Notes under the pieces: generated by a model
Database searches by the model: none
Told to the model about the DNA's origin: nothing
Seen by the model: only the letters and a program-made list of their open reading frames with translations
Assembly: GCA_003510825.1 (NCBI GenBank)
Contig: DOKO01000057.1
Coordinates: 1 to 59,759 of the forward strand
DNA length: 59,759 nt
From: Stenotrophomonas sp.
GTDB lineage: Bacteria > Pseudomonadota > Gammaproteobacteria > Xanthomonadales > Xanthomonadaceae
Reading direction: 5' to 3'
In this document: in pieces, positions 32,801 through 41,921 of the stretch
How positions within the stretch are numbered: the first letter of the stretch is position 1
How the letters are laid out: the number at the start of each line of letters is the position of its first letter
Position numbers and translations under genes: made by a program

Positions 32801-33606
32801 CGGATGACAGACGCAAAGCCTTCACGAAAGGAAGGATCGTTCATGAGCGCAGCCAAATTGGAAAGCGCTGGAAGCGCCCCCTCCGCCACACTGATCTTCA
32901 GACCCTCAAAGGCAAGATCTGCCTCCATCGTGACCTCTCGCAAGCGCATGGTCGCCTTGCTGGTCTTCCCATCAATTACGGCGCCAGCTGCTTCAGCAGC
33001 GTCTCCCCACTGGCGGAATCCGGCGCTGTTGTTCCGCAGCAGCGGAATCAGCATGGACGAGTCGCTGGCGATGGCCTCCATGTAGAAGGTCAGTTCCGAC
33101 TGCGACAGGTTCGCCCTTTCCAGGCTGTTGAAGTACATCCCCAATGCATCGGGGCCGGAAAGCTTCCGCATCTGCTCGGCGGTGACACCAGTTCGCTTTG
33201 CGATGTTGTCGAAGAAGTCAGCCATGGCGCCACCACCCGTTTGGATGTAGTCGCCGATCTTGTCCTGCACGTCCTTGAAAATATCAGCCAGCTTCTCGTG
33301 ACTGACCCCAACCACATTCGCCCCGGCTGCCATCCTCTGGAAGTTCTGGGAGGTCGTTCCGGAAAGCACGCCAAGCCGGTCGTACTGAACACTCAGGTCG
33401 GCCACCTGCCTCGTCCACTGAACCATCGCGGCAGAGCTGGCGGTGATCCCCGCGGAGATGGCCAAACCGATGGCGGTGCCTGCACGCTTCGCAGATGCCT
33501 GCATCCCTTGCATGCGCTGTTCAAACTGACGCGCCGCCTTACCCGCATCCCTCTCAAAGGAGCCGGTCTTCATCAGCAGGTCGACGGTGAGGGTGTAGAG
33601 GGACAT
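29851..33606 (-). CDS. Tail tape measure protein
   Basis: About 1250 aa, Ala/Gly-rich helical, MSLYTLTVDLLMKTGSFERD start. Confidence 0.9.
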   Translation of the reverse strand: MSLYTLTVDLLMKTGSFERDAGKAARQFEQRMQGMQASAKRAGTAIGLAISAGITASSAAMVQWTRQVADLSVQYDRLGVLSGTTSQNFQRMAAGANVVGVSHEKLADIFKDVQDKIGDYIQTGGGAMADFFDNIAKRTGVTAEQMRKLSGPDALGMYFNSLERANLSQSELTFYMEAIASDSSMLIPLLRNNSAGFRQWGDAAEAAGAVIDGKTSKATMRLREVTMEADLAFEGLKISVAEGALPALSNLAALMNDPSFREGFASVIRSIAEITGKIAEFGSTTARVTGYVAEELAARISGPSAEDVVRVEDRIGRLNKTIEAVRNARGSLGWSMMNAQELIPSDLTSTPATVIARLQGELAREQAKLKLGRELQALAGAKAPEESTSASPDMLPYRPTGNMDKSTRDKADADAKRRAEEMARYKQQAEEAAGAMEGPLAEAMAKHLGNMAEYNGLLAKGNIAQADANVLMGQSALEYAKVAAEVEKAMGGPEQLLATFGAELEMLGKTGRARELYRRQLVNEKDMREELRKAAEAAGGQDALALAKGASSYAEYEQAMLAAAAAAAELSVQIEEAAANAEALANVIVSVAADGVDAFADFAADGLRNFHNLWDDLKDVAKRGMRDMIAEILKQKIVIPIQTQIMNGINGQGGGLSLQSIMGLFGGNGSAAGGQNLSSVAGLLSQGQGLFGAATGAASSGASAGSLMGFGNNIAAFAGGGVSAAGGTAAAGAGASSAAAAVPIIGWIVAGMMKNAELFDQGWDIANGESWAGKIATAGAVGLADKGFRGLGFNDKVASILSGSSIHAKLFGRSAPKVTGQGITGDYGFGGFSGQSYADIKAKGGLFRSDKKWTQYAALDPGIDRTFDMAARQVRGAATDLAKQLGVDLSGQLAGVKVSLGKLQLSADSAEAKAQLEAYLADMTDRLFTEAVKAAGFGGQLDGYFEASDVFTALGASIELAVGNADQLGRALNGLEIEKVNKAVDYFQDLAGVAGTDLATQVQKVTGLLGNYATLMADVSTQLLTGDLSSYQQQALSIERTYRQQVKSANDYAKALGLSGARAEDLAKIEALRATNMGKLQAQIDKDKKAMQYGLSISDLSPLTDQEKLGEAMKELERAVSGGDASAAQAAAQAALGFGRNLYASGNDYNGLYSQVTGLIDGMKVGDLDMEDGTSMGALADAIEALPDNFSRAVFDLVVNNDGQAQTTAAVQQSNALLAEQNQLLRDLLSTTTQGVRSSASSALRQSLNAM

Positions 33607-33624
33607 GTCGGCTCCAGAAACGAG

Positions 33625-33650
33625 AAAGCCCCGCACTAGGCGGGGCTTTT
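33625..33650. terminator. Intrinsic terminator of the moron
   Basis: AAAGCCCCGC-ACTAG-GCGGGGCTTTT. Confidence 0.85.
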
Positions 33651-33671
33651 GGTTGGGGGCCGGAGAACCGG

Positions 33672-33839
33672 CTATTCACCCATGGTTTTTGAATGGTGGC
33701 GCTCTGCCTGGATCACGCGAGCGAGTGCAACGAGGAATACGCCGAATGCAATAGCACCGACCCCCATGGTTCCCTGGGTGAGCATAAGCAGCCCGGCCAG
33801 CGCGGCCAGTAGCCCAAGAACGGCCAGCACGATATACAT
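33672..33839 (-). CDS. 55-aa two-TM membrane protein (moron)
   Basis: GAGGGG SD; MYIVLAVLGLLAALAGLLMLTQGTMGVGAIAFGVFLVALARVIQAERHHSKTMGE*. Confidence 0.75.
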   Translation of the reverse strand: MYIVLAVLGLLAALAGLLMLTQGTMGVGAIAFGVFLVALARVIQAERHHSKTMGE

Positions 33840-33893
33840 CGATCCCCCTCAACTGTGGTTGTGGGGGAATGATGCCATCGTTCCGCGCGGGGA

Positions 33894-34658
33894 TCAGGCC
33901 GGCACTTCCTCAAACTCCATGGTGCCGGAGAAGTAGTTGCGACTGATGTTCTCGGCGCTGGGCAGCTGGGTCGGGTAGCCATAGATGGCCGAGCGCGCCG
34001 CGAGCGCCGCGCTGAATGCCTTCGTCGCAATGTCCCTGTACTGCGGAACTACGCAGGACCGGCGCCGTCCCGCCATCGCCGCCGCGACCGTTTCCCAGTC
34101 CACGCCACCGGCCAAGCCGGCGCCGCGGACGACCTCGGTCGACCTGCCAGATAGGGAGCACGTCATCCGCCGATACAACGCGCCGTCCACCGTGTTCAAC
34201 TGCCCGCCCTTGGTCCTGGTGTGGGCGCTGCTGTCGACCAGGACCACGCCCCAGCCGTCGCTGATTCCAACGTCGACCGCGCGGAAGATTGCGATCTCCC
34301 CTATATCGACGTTGGTGTCCGTCGTGACGACCTCGACAGACACCACCGACAGCGCCGCTGTTCCTTGAGGAAACAGCCAGGCGCACACGCTGCCGTCCGG
34401 CAGCTTGATGGTCGTGCCCACCGCGCCGGCGGCTCGCACCTGCACACCGGCCGGCACGCTCAGGCCGAGAACAGCCACGATGCCCGGCACGATGGCCTGC
34501 GAGAGCGTGACCGTCACCGCCAGAGAGCCGGTGCGCCTGATGCGCGATGCACGCCCCGGCTTGCCGTCGAACAGCGCCGAGCCCTGATCCGCGGTGAGCC
34601 AGGTGCCGCCGGTGAGCGTTGCCGTGGTGACCGCCGGCATACCAAATCCAATGAGCAT
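33894..34658 (-). CDS. Putative minor tail protein (distal-tail-like)
   Basis: Beta-rich 254 aa in tail operon ending ..FSGTMEFEEV. Confidence 0.7.
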   Translation of the reverse strand: MLIGFGMPAVTTATLTGGTWLTADQGSALFDGKPGRASRIRRTGSLAVTVTLSQAIVPGIVAVLGLSVPAGVQVRAAGAVGTTIKLPDGSVCAWLFPQGTAALSVVSVEVVTTDTNVDIGEIAIFRAVDVGISDGWGVVLVDSSAHTRTKGGQLNTVDGALYRRMTCSLSGRSTEVVRGAGLAGGVDWETVAAAMAGRRRSCVVPQYRDIATKAFSAALAARSAIYGYPTQLPSAENISRNYFSGTMEFEEVPA

Positions 34659-34662
34659 GCCG

Positions 34663-36630
34663 CTACCCCCACACCGTCAGCACCACATCCCCCGTGGCCG
34701 GGTTTCGCTCGACCCGGCGCACCAGCACCGGCTTGCCATCGGCAAGGCCGTACCTGCCATAGGTCAGCCGGCCAACCTGCCCGGGCAGCGGCGCCAACTG
34801 TTGGTCGCCGCGCACGGTGACCTGGTAGAAGAACCGCTGCTGCCGGTAGATGGCCACCACCCTGTCGATCTCGGTCTGCGCATCGGCCGCGTTCCAGAAC
34901 AGGGAAATGACGGGGTCAGCCGCATCGGCGCGGCGGTAGTGCGCATCCAGCGGGCCGGCGGCGTACACCTGGCCGCGGTACAGCGCGGTCAGCTCGTCCC
35001 GCCTCGCCTGCGGCACATCCACCACGTCGGTCACCAAATCCGAAGCCCCAAGAGCCTGAGCGTTGGGCCGGTAGGCCATCCGCCGCGTGAGGTTCGGCGC
35101 GTCATCGGGCACGCCCACCAGGTCCGAAGACATATCGTCCTCGGACAGATCGAAAGCCATCTGGCCGGCGTAGCTCTCCGGTGCCACCACGCGGACGAAC
35201 CGCAGCACGCCTGTCGCGTCCTGGTAGCAGCCCGTGCCGAAGCTGGGCAGCATGGCGTTCAACGCATCCCGGCCGGTCACCGCCGCGCCGGCGTAGTACC
35301 CGATCCCGGCATAGCTGGTTGCGGTGTCTACGGCCTGGCAGTCCGACAGGGACCACGCGCCGCTTCCCAGCCTGCCCATCACATCAGCGACCGCGGCGGC
35401 CAGCGACGCCGGTGCCATGGCGACCCCGATGCTGGACAGGTCGGCAACTACCGGCATTTCCGGCGGAGACTTCATCAGCAGCTGCTGGCCATCCGGCGAC
35501 GCGGTGAACGTATCTGGCTCCATGAGGTCGCCGCGATCCATCACCGCGTTTACGAACACGCGGCCGTCTGCGACGAACATTGCCGTGGCATCGGAATTAC
35601 CTGCAACTGCCGGGACACTGGCCACGGCCCCGATCACCACCGGCTGTGGCTTCCATGCGAGAGATTCGACGTTGGGCAGGAACACGCCGCGGTTGAGGGT
35701 CTGCCCCAGGTAGTCGTGGGCGTCCCGCAGGTGCAGGGTCTTGCTGCCGTCGTCGTTGATCTCGATCTGATCGATCGCGCAGCGGAAAACGGGCATCGCG
35801 TCGGCGAGCATCCCGGACTCATCCACCATCAGGATCCGTACCGCCTCGCCAGAGGCGCCCGACAGTGCAAGAGCATCAAGCGCGCCCTCAGCGTCCACGA
35901 CCACGCACTGTGCCGCCGCAGTCTGCGACACCGGGTCGCCGCCCCAGGGCCAGAAGCTCAACTCCTGCACCAGGTTGACGCCCTCGGCCACAAGCCCCTC
36001 AAACCGGGCATTGGCTGGGGTGTCGCCTGGTGCGCTGAGCCAGTCAGCATCGGCCAGTCGGACCGGCTCTACGGCAACGGTATCCAGCCTCCAGCCGGCG
36101 GCGGCCGCTTCGCTTCGCGGCGCCCACTGACCCGCGTTGACGGCCACGCACAGGCCGCCCGCCTTGGTGGCGGCCAGGCCCGCCGCGAAATGCAGCGGGC
36201 CACTCAGCAGCAGATCGCGCTGGTGGACCAGCGCACCGTTCAGGTAGAGCTGCAGGCGGGACGGGCTGCCGAACGCTACCCGCAGGCCCACGATATCGCC
36301 ATGGGTGACCAGTGGCAGACCGGTGGCGATGGCTCCCACGCCCTGCAGCAGGCGACCGGTAGCCAGCTCCCAGCCGATGCCGTTGGCGTTGGAACCCGGC
36401 GACTGGCTGAGCGATGCAGACGGCGTCACAAACCCCACGACCGCGGCGAGGGCATCATCGCCCCAGACGGCGAATTCCACCCCAACCGTGCCGCTGCCCA
36501 GCGCGAAGTCCGAGCGCGCGCACCTTGCGCCGTTCGCGGCGGCCGTCGTGGCGAGAGTCAGCCCCCCATCGCGCGCAGCGAGCAGAGGGCCAATGGGGAG
36601 CGCCGAGAAGCGCCCGAAAGTATCGGCCAT
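34663..36630 (-). CDS. Putative tail hub protein with N-terminal SPRY/B30.2-like domain
   Basis: ARSDFALGSGTVGVEF..VGF..PG..GIGW..GDIVGLRV..LQLYLNG resembles SPRY; position in tail operon. Confidence 0.7.
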   Translation of the reverse strand: MADTFGRFSALPIGPLLAARDGGLTLATTAAANGARCARSDFALGSGTVGVEFAVWGDDALAAVVGFVTPSASLSQSPGSNANGIGWELATGRLLQGVGAIATGLPLVTHGDIVGLRVAFGSPSRLQLYLNGALVHQRDLLLSGPLHFAAGLAATKAGGLCVAVNAGQWAPRSEAAAAGWRLDTVAVEPVRLADADWLSAPGDTPANARFEGLVAEGVNLVQELSFWPWGGDPVSQTAAAQCVVVDAEGALDALALSGASGEAVRILMVDESGMLADAMPVFRCAIDQIEINDDGSKTLHLRDAHDYLGQTLNRGVFLPNVESLAWKPQPVVIGAVASVPAVAGNSDATAMFVADGRVFVNAVMDRGDLMEPDTFTASPDGQQLLMKSPPEMPVVADLSSIGVAMAPASLAAAVADVMGRLGSGAWSLSDCQAVDTATSYAGIGYYAGAAVTGRDALNAMLPSFGTGCYQDATGVLRFVRVVAPESYAGQMAFDLSEDDMSSDLVGVPDDAPNLTRRMAYRPNAQALGASDLVTDVVDVPQARRDELTALYRGQVYAAGPLDAHYRRADAADPVISLFWNAADAQTEIDRVVAIYRQQRFFYQVTVRGDQQLAPLPGQVGRLTYGRYGLADGKPVLVRRVERNPATGDVVLTVWG

Positions 36631-36633
36631 GGG

Positions 36634-36932
36634 TTATCTCAGAGAGTCAAACCAGTCCTGCGCCTCGTCGTCGTCAGATCGAGGGACGAGGGTCTCCAGG
36701 AACTGCTGCATGCTGTGCTTGGTGCCACCCTGGCTGTGCACAGCGGTGATGTAGGCGACGAGCGCAGCGGGCTTCTGGTGGATGCTGACGGGGTCGATGG
36801 GGTTCCGCTTGTTGAACTCCCACCACCACAGGAACTCCCTGCGCGACATGGTGGCGCGAAGCTCGGCCACCGTGCGGTGCAGGTGCCCGGCCAGGACGTG
36901 CCAGAACCAGTCCTCGCCGCGCTTCCTTAGCC
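36634..36932 (-). CDS. Tail assembly chaperone extension (gpGT-like, -1 frameshift part)
   Basis: -1 frame reads KRLRKRGEDWFWHVLAGHLHRTVAELRATMSRREFLWW.. Confidence 0.8.
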
Positions 36933-37301
36933 GTTTCCCGCTTCTTCCTGCAGCGCATCGGCGTCACTGCCGAAGCCTGCATGCTTGAGCGCGATGGACT
37001 GCAGGCTGGCCGCCACCTTGGGCTTGAGCTCGCCGGCCTGCGCCTCGGTCAGAACACGCTTCCCGCCTTCGTCGCAGATCGTGGCCGCGATGAGCTTGGC
37101 ACGGTCCCCGGAGGCATACAGGTTGCGGAACTCGGCATCCGGCAGCGCGCGCACGTAGAACTGCGCCTTGCTGCCATCGGGCAGCTCGATGGCATCCGGC
37201 TGCACATCCTTCGCAGCGAACATGCCGGCGCTGGTGAATGCCTGAAGGATGCTCACCGGCTCCAGCCGCTGGGCTTCGGTGGTTTCATTGATCTTGCTCA
37301 T
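36927..37301 (-). CDS. Tail assembly chaperone (gpG-like)
   Basis: Directly after the tail tube gene; ends at the slippery site. Confidence 0.8.
   Translation of the reverse strand: MSKINETTEAQRLEPVSILQAFTSAGMFAAKDVQPDAIELPDGSKAQFYVRALPDAEFRNLYASGDRAKLIAATICDEGGKRVLTEAQAGELKPKVAASLQSIALKHAGFGSDADALQEEAGNG
36933..36939 (-). other. Programmed -1 frameshift site G GGA AAC
   Basis: X XXY YYZ heptamer one codon before the chaperone stop; -1 frame open into the next ORF. Confidence 0.85.
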
Positions 37302-37425
37302 TGGCCGTTTCCTGATAATGGCGGCAGAGCGCGCGGGCCGCGCACGGCTAACACGCGGAGGTTCCGCGCGCTCTGCCAAAGGGGGTGGCCCGCCGAAGCG
37401 GGCCGAGAGTACGCCGTAACCGGAA

Positions 37426-37902
37426 TCAGGCGCCGCCGGTGGCCTTGTTGGTCTTGACCGGCCCGGTGCCACGGATGGTGATCGTGGCCTTCCAGATATC
37501 GTTGTCCGCTACCTGCACGGCGAAGTTCTGGACGAAGCCCTGGAACTGCTTCGACACCACCGTGGTCGGCGGCGTGATCTTGCCGGCGACGGCAACCGGC
37601 TTGGGCACGCCCTCGGTCTCGCTCAGCGGCGCGGTGACCAGGAAGTCCACGATGGCACCGGACTCATGCAGAGCCTCGATCTTTTCGTGGTCGACGGGAT
37701 CGTAGTTGATCTCGATGTTGGTGCTACCCGTGGCCTTTCGACCGGCCACGAACTTGTCCCAGTCGTCGTCGAAGTCGGAGATGTCGATCTCCGAGGCCTG
37801 GCCATCCGGGAAGCCGACCGAGCGCAGGCGGGTAACCTTGATGACCTCGGCCGCCGCGATGGCGATGAAAAGCTGGGAGTGCTTGGACTTCAAAACGCCC
37901 AT
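37426..37902 (-). CDS. Major tail tube protein
   Basis: ASEIDISDFDDDWDKFVAGRKATG..FQGFV..ATITIRGTGP. Confidence 0.88.
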   Translation of the reverse strand: MGVLKSKHSQLFIAIAAAEVIKVTRLRSVGFPDGQASEIDISDFDDDWDKFVAGRKATGSTNIEINYDPVDHEKIEALHESGAIVDFLVTAPLSETEGVPKPVAVAGKITPPTTVVSKQFQGFVQNFAVQVADNDIWKATITIRGTGPVKTNKATGGA

Positions 37903-37941
37903 TGCGGTTTACCTCTTTGGTTGAGCCCGATAGCCGGGCAT

Positions 37942-37963
37942 AAAAAAGCCGGCTCGCGCCGGC
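37942..37963 (-). terminator. Intrinsic terminator inside late operon
   Basis: Minus strand GCCGGCGCGAGCCGGC-TTTTTT. Confidence 0.6.
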
Positions 37964-37984
37964 GGATAGAAGATCCCTTGTGCC

Positions 37985-38347
37985 CTAGCGGATGTGCAGC
38001 AGGCGCGCGTCGAAGGAAATGCCCATCGCGTCGGTGTCTTCGCTATCGGGCGCCGGGTTGTACGATTCGATGCTGCCAACCCGCTCGACCTCGGCGCTGA
38101 TGGCGACGGCGACGGCGTTGGCTTGGCTGAGGCTGTCGCCCCATACGGTGATGCGAACCCTCCAGCCATCGGCCGGGGGCGGCTCGGACAGGCTCGCGGC
38201 GGGAGAACCCCCGACCACCTCCCACGTCGCGTAGGGGAGCTGTGTATTCTGGGGCGCATTACCAGGCCACAGCCTGACGGGATCGCCAAGCAACTGCCGG
38301 ACCGCCTCAGCGCCCTGCAGCAGCGATTGAATCAGGGGAACCATCAT
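37985..38347 (-). CDS. Tail terminator/completion protein (DUF3168-like)
   Basis: RLWPGNAPQNTQLPYATW; synteny. Confidence 0.8.
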   Translation of the reverse strand: MMVPLIQSLLQGAEAVRQLLGDPVRLWPGNAPQNTQLPYATWEVVGGSPAASLSEPPPADGWRVRITVWGDSLSQANAVAVAISAEVERVGSIESYNPAPDSEDTDAMGISFDARLLHIR

Positions 38348-38847
38348 CGCCAGCCGTCCTTCTTCAGTTGCTTATCGAGTGCCGCCCAAGTCTCGTTGAT
38401 GACAACCTGTGCAGCCTCCGGGCCCTTGGCTTCGCCAGCGGGCGTCAGGAACGGCGAGGCCCTAGTCTTCTTCGTCCCGAACTCGACAAAGCGCCAGTAA
38501 TAGGCCCAGCCGGCTTCCTCGTAGACTCTTCCGACACGTCCGTTGCGCCGGTTACGTTTGGTGTTGGCGTATTTGCGGCGCCGCCCGGTCTTCACCCCAA
38601 CGGTGAAGTACTCGCCGCCCGCGCCCACGCCTGCACGCTGCCGGCTCTTGGCATTGGCCCTGCGGGTCACGATCTGCGTGGCCATGAACCCTGATTCTCG
38701 CGGCGCCCGCCGCCGGGCATCATCCCTGATGATGTTGCCGCCCTTGCGCATCCCGCTCTGCACCGCTCTACCTTGGAGCGCCTTGGGCAACTCCCGGAGC
38801 GAGCGCAGTAGGCCCTCCAGCCCATCGATCGATATCTGCTCAGCCAT
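38344..38847 (-). CDS. HK97 gp10-like tail component
   Basis: IDGLEGL..A.RRAP..YYWRFVEFGT..ASPFLTPA. Confidence 0.88.
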   Translation of the reverse strand: MAEQISIDGLEGLLRSLRELPKALQGRAVQSGMRKGGNIIRDDARRRAPRESGFMATQIVTRRANAKSRQRAGVGAGGEYFTVGVKTGRRRKYANTKRNRRNGRVGRVYEEAGWAYYWRFVEFGTKKTRASPFLTPAGEAKGPEAAQVVINETWAALDKQLKKDGWR

Positions 38848-39175
38848 TGCCCAGCCCCGCCATGGCGATGATCGCCATCTCACTACCGTCGTTGCTCGGT
38901 GCAATGCTCTTGATCGCGTAGGGCTTGCCCCGCTCGACAATGCGCCAGGTGGACTCGACGTGTCGCGGAAGCATGTCCCACCGGACCTGCTCACGATACC
39001 GCTCGGCACCCGCGGCGATCGCTTCCGCCGTAGCACTCAGCTGGTTGGTCTTCTTCGCCCAAGCCTCGGCGACGAACTCCCAGCCTTTCTTGGCCGGTCC
39101 GCCCAAGGGATCCCTTACTTCGACCGGCCGCTCGAAGCGGATCAGGTGGCGGCGCTGTCCCGCAGAAGTGGCCAT
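38840..39175 (-). CDS. Head-tail adaptor/head closure protein
   Basis: AGQRRHLIRFERP..D..GG..W..AWA. Confidence 0.85.
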   Translation of the reverse strand: MATSAGQRRHLIRFERPVEVRDPLGGPAKKGWEFVAEAWAKKTNQLSATAEAIAAGAERYREQVRWDMLPRHVESTWRIVERGKPYAIKSIAPSNDGSEMAIIAMAGLGNG

Positions 39176-39477
39176 CAGAATCGTTTCCTGTACCAAAGCA
39201 GCCGGGATACGCCCAAGGCAATCTCCGCGGTCACCTCACCCAAGGCACTGCGGTTCTCGGCCCAGCTGCCAACCAACAGCAGCACGGCCTGTCGAACATC
39301 AGCCGTGAGTGCCATCTCATCTTCGCTGGACGGCTCACCCTCAACCAAGGTCCGATCACAGTGCATCTGCACGTGGGCCAGCGCGGCATCGACATAGGAC
39401 TGCAACAGAGGATCGCTGACCTCATCGACGATGCGGCACTGCTCCCGCACCAGAGCAAGATCGAGGGCGGCGACCAT
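39175..39477 (-). CDS. Head-tail connector (gp6-like)
   Basis: LALVREQCRI..D.LL..Y..AA..QAVLLLVGSWAENR. Confidence 0.88.
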   Translation of the reverse strand: MVAALDLALVREQCRIVDEVSDPLLQSYVDAALAHVQMHCDRTLVEGEPSSEDEMALTADVRQAVLLLVGSWAENRSALGEVTAEIALGVSRLLWYRKRF

Positions 39478-40001
39478 TAATCCACCTTCGCGCCCTGAGC
39501 GCTCTTCAGCGCTTCGGCCAGCTTGGGGACACCCCAGCGACGATCAAAGACGGCACCGGCGGCTTCCAGCTCGGCGATCAGCGCGGCCTTCTCGGCGTCG
39601 GAACTCGGTTCGGCCGCTGCGGTAGTGGCCGTGGCCGCTGCCGCAGGCGCGTTCGGTGCGGCATCCACAGCCGCCTCGCCAGAGACAGGGGGCGCATCGG
39701 CTCCACTTCCCTCGGGACTACTGGTCGTCGGCCCGACCACCTTCACGTCGGCAGGCGCTGGTTGGAGCGTCACGACCGGCGCCGGATGGTTCGGGGAAGG
39801 CGTATCGGCGGGCTTCGTGGCGGCAGGCGCTGCCCCATCGAACTGCTGCACCAGGCCCTTCCCGATCAGCGTGTATGCGTATTCGTCTTCGACGTTCTCG
39901 AAAACCTGGCCGGCGCGCGTGGGCGAACGCGAGTCGCCGTTCGTATCGGGGCCCAGCTTCTCCACGTCGCCGCAGAAGCCCCAAAGGACTTTGATCTTCA
40001 T
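39477..40001 (-). CDS. Hypothetical head-module protein with Ala/Pro linker and C-terminal HeH-like motif
   Basis: GGAG SD; between capsid and connector genes. Confidence 0.65.
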   Translation of the reverse strand: MKIKVLWGFCGDVEKLGPDTNGDSRSPTRAGQVFENVEDEYAYTLIGKGLVQQFDGAAPAATKPADTPSPNHPAPVVTLQPAPADVKVVGPTTSSPEGSGADAPPVSGEAAVDAAPNAPAAAATATTAAAEPSSDAEKAALIAELEAAGAVFDRRWGVPKLAEALKSAQGAKVD

Positions 40002-40068
40002 CTGTATGGATCTCCGGAACGGTGGTGCGGCCGCTTATGCGGCCGTCACCACGGGAAAGGCGGTGGAA

Positions 40069-41277
40069 TCAGGCGGAGGGCTTGAAGCGGCCCTTGACGA
40101 ACGCCTCGCGGCGACGCTTGGCCAGGCCTAGGCGCTCTTCGACCAGCAACACGCGCTGGTTCTTCACGAAGTCGTCGTTGATCATGCCGACCTTGAACAA
40201 GAAGTTCATGCGGTCGTAGATCGTGGCACCGCGCTGGAAGTTGGCGACCAGGAACTCGCCACCCGTGGTGGTGCCGTCGCCTTCGTCCATGCTGTCCGAT
40301 GCAACCACCGGGCGGCCCCACAGGATCGGGGTCACGAAGCCCTGCAGATTGGCGAACAGGTAGCGGTTCTGGCTGTCCTTCTCCAGCTCGATGTTCATCC
40401 AGTCCAGCTCGGTCATCACCGTCGCGTCGGCCGACAGCTTGGACTGCTTGCGGACCTGGTAGATGGCGCGCCGCACGGTGTCGATGGAGGTATCGTTGCC
40501 CTTGGACAGGTCATCATCGAACACGAAGGCGTCGGTCATCAGGCCCGGCAGGTTGTTGCCCAGGCCATCGCCCTTCAGGATCTGCGCTTCCTCTTCCAGC
40601 TTGAGGTCGTAGCGAAGCAGCTGCTGGAGGTAGCCGTACATCTGCGGCACGTCATCCAGGGTTTCGTCAGTCACCGGAATCCAGACGGCCAGCTTCTTGA
40701 CCAGGTCGGTCTTCTGCTCGAACGTGACGTTGCTTTGCGGCTTGGTGCCGCCCTCGGCCACCGGACCCGCACCGCGGGTGTGCAGCAGTTCGCGGAAGTA
40801 GGTGTAGCTCTGGCCGGTGACAGAGATCGACGGGATCAGGTCGCGGATGCGCAGTTCCTGGCGCATGCCCGGCTGAATGGTCGGGTCGAAGTTGGGCACG
40901 ACGATGCCGGCGCTGGTGACCGCCTTGGTCTCCATCGCGGCCAGCTCTTCCTTCTTGACTTCGATCTCGGCCGAGCCCTTCTCGCGACCCAGCAGCGACT
41001 TGTACTCGCCGTTGTCCTTGATGAAGTCGATGAATCCCTTCTTCGTGCCAGGCTGGTTGCCCAGGCCGATGCCCTTTTCTTCCAGCTTCAGGACCTTGTC
41101 CACGACCTTCTGGATATCGTCAGTGGCGGTCTGGATCTGCTTCTTCAGGTCGGTGGTGACCTGGTTGCCCTTCTCGATCTCGGCCGAGGCGCTGTCGTAC
41201 TTCTTCTGCAGGCCGGCGAAACCGTCCTTCAGCTGCTTCTCCAGGACTTCGCGGATATCGCTGACGTTCTCGCTCAT
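40069..41277 (-). CDS. HK97-fold major capsid protein
   Basis: Coiled-coil delta domain, VAEGGTKP, QILKGDG, ILWGRPVV, EERLGL. Confidence 0.95.
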   Translation of the reverse strand: MSENVSDIREVLEKQLKDGFAGLQKKYDSASAEIEKGNQVTTDLKKQIQTATDDIQKVVDKVLKLEEKGIGLGNQPGTKKGFIDFIKDNGEYKSLLGREKGSAEIEVKKEELAAMETKAVTSAGIVVPNFDPTIQPGMRQELRIRDLIPSISVTGQSYTYFRELLHTRGAGPVAEGGTKPQSNVTFEQKTDLVKKLAVWIPVTDETLDDVPQMYGYLQQLLRYDLKLEEEAQILKGDGLGNNLPGLMTDAFVFDDDLSKGNDTSIDTVRRAIYQVRKQSKLSADATVMTELDWMNIELEKDSQNRYLFANLQGFVTPILWGRPVVASDSMDEGDGTTTGGEFLVANFQRGATIYDRMNFLFKVGMINDDFVKNQRVLLVEERLGLAKRRREAFVKGRFKPSA

Positions 41278-41921
41278 GGGTTCATACCTTTAAAAATGGA
41301 TTCGATGGATGTGCCGAGTTGCTTCAGCTGCTGCACGGTCTCCGTGTCCCCGATGCCACCGTCACGGTGGATCGCGGGAAAGCCGAGCGAGGCGACGGCC
41401 GCCGCCTCTTTCTGGGACAGCCCCATGCGCTCGCGCAGGGCCGATTCAAAGGCGCGAACGTCGGACTTAACGCTCATCACCTGTGCTTCTGGGTTCATGC
41501 CGAAGGGAACAACCGAGGCTTCCCACAGTTCGGCCTTCTTGATGACGCGCACCCGGCGCCCCTCGCGGGTCTCGATCGCGTCTTCCAAGGTGTTGAAGCC
41601 GACTGACATTTCATCGAGCGTTCCGGCCTTCATCAGCTCGTAGGCGTCGCGCGCATAGCTGACGTTGAGATTGACCTTTCCCACCAAGTGCAGACCGTTG
41701 TCGTCCTGCTTGAACTGAGCATCGCCGATCAGCCGGGTCAGATCGTGGTACAGCGCCAGTCGAAGCCTGCCAGTTCGGGTCGTCTTCACCTTGCCGAAGG
41801 CGCCGGGAAGAATCAGATCCTCCCCGAGGTCCACATTGTTGAAGACGGATGCATAGCCCTCGAAATTGCCGGCGTCATCCGCGGCCTTGACCTCGAACGG
41901 GCAGGAGAACTTGCTAAGCAT
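41274..41921 (-). CDS. HK97-family prohead protease
   Basis: FEGYASVFNNVD, LYHD, MSVGF, LWEASVVPFGMNPEA. Confidence 0.95.
   Translation of the reverse strand: MLSKFSCPFEVKAADDAGNFEGYASVFNNVDLGEDLILPGAFGKVKTTRTGRLRLALYHDLTRLIGDAQFKQDDNGLHLVGKVNLNVSYARDAYELMKAGTLDEMSVGFNTLEDAIETREGRRVRVIKKAELWEASVVPFGMNPEAQVMSVKSDVRAFESALRERMGLSQKEAAAVASLGFPAIHRDGGIGDTETVQQLKQLGTSIESIFKGMNP

Noticed and set aside
25034-36930. Long plus-strand ORFs (689, 512, 750, 778 aa) in the tail region
   Set aside because: Antisense shadows of structural genes
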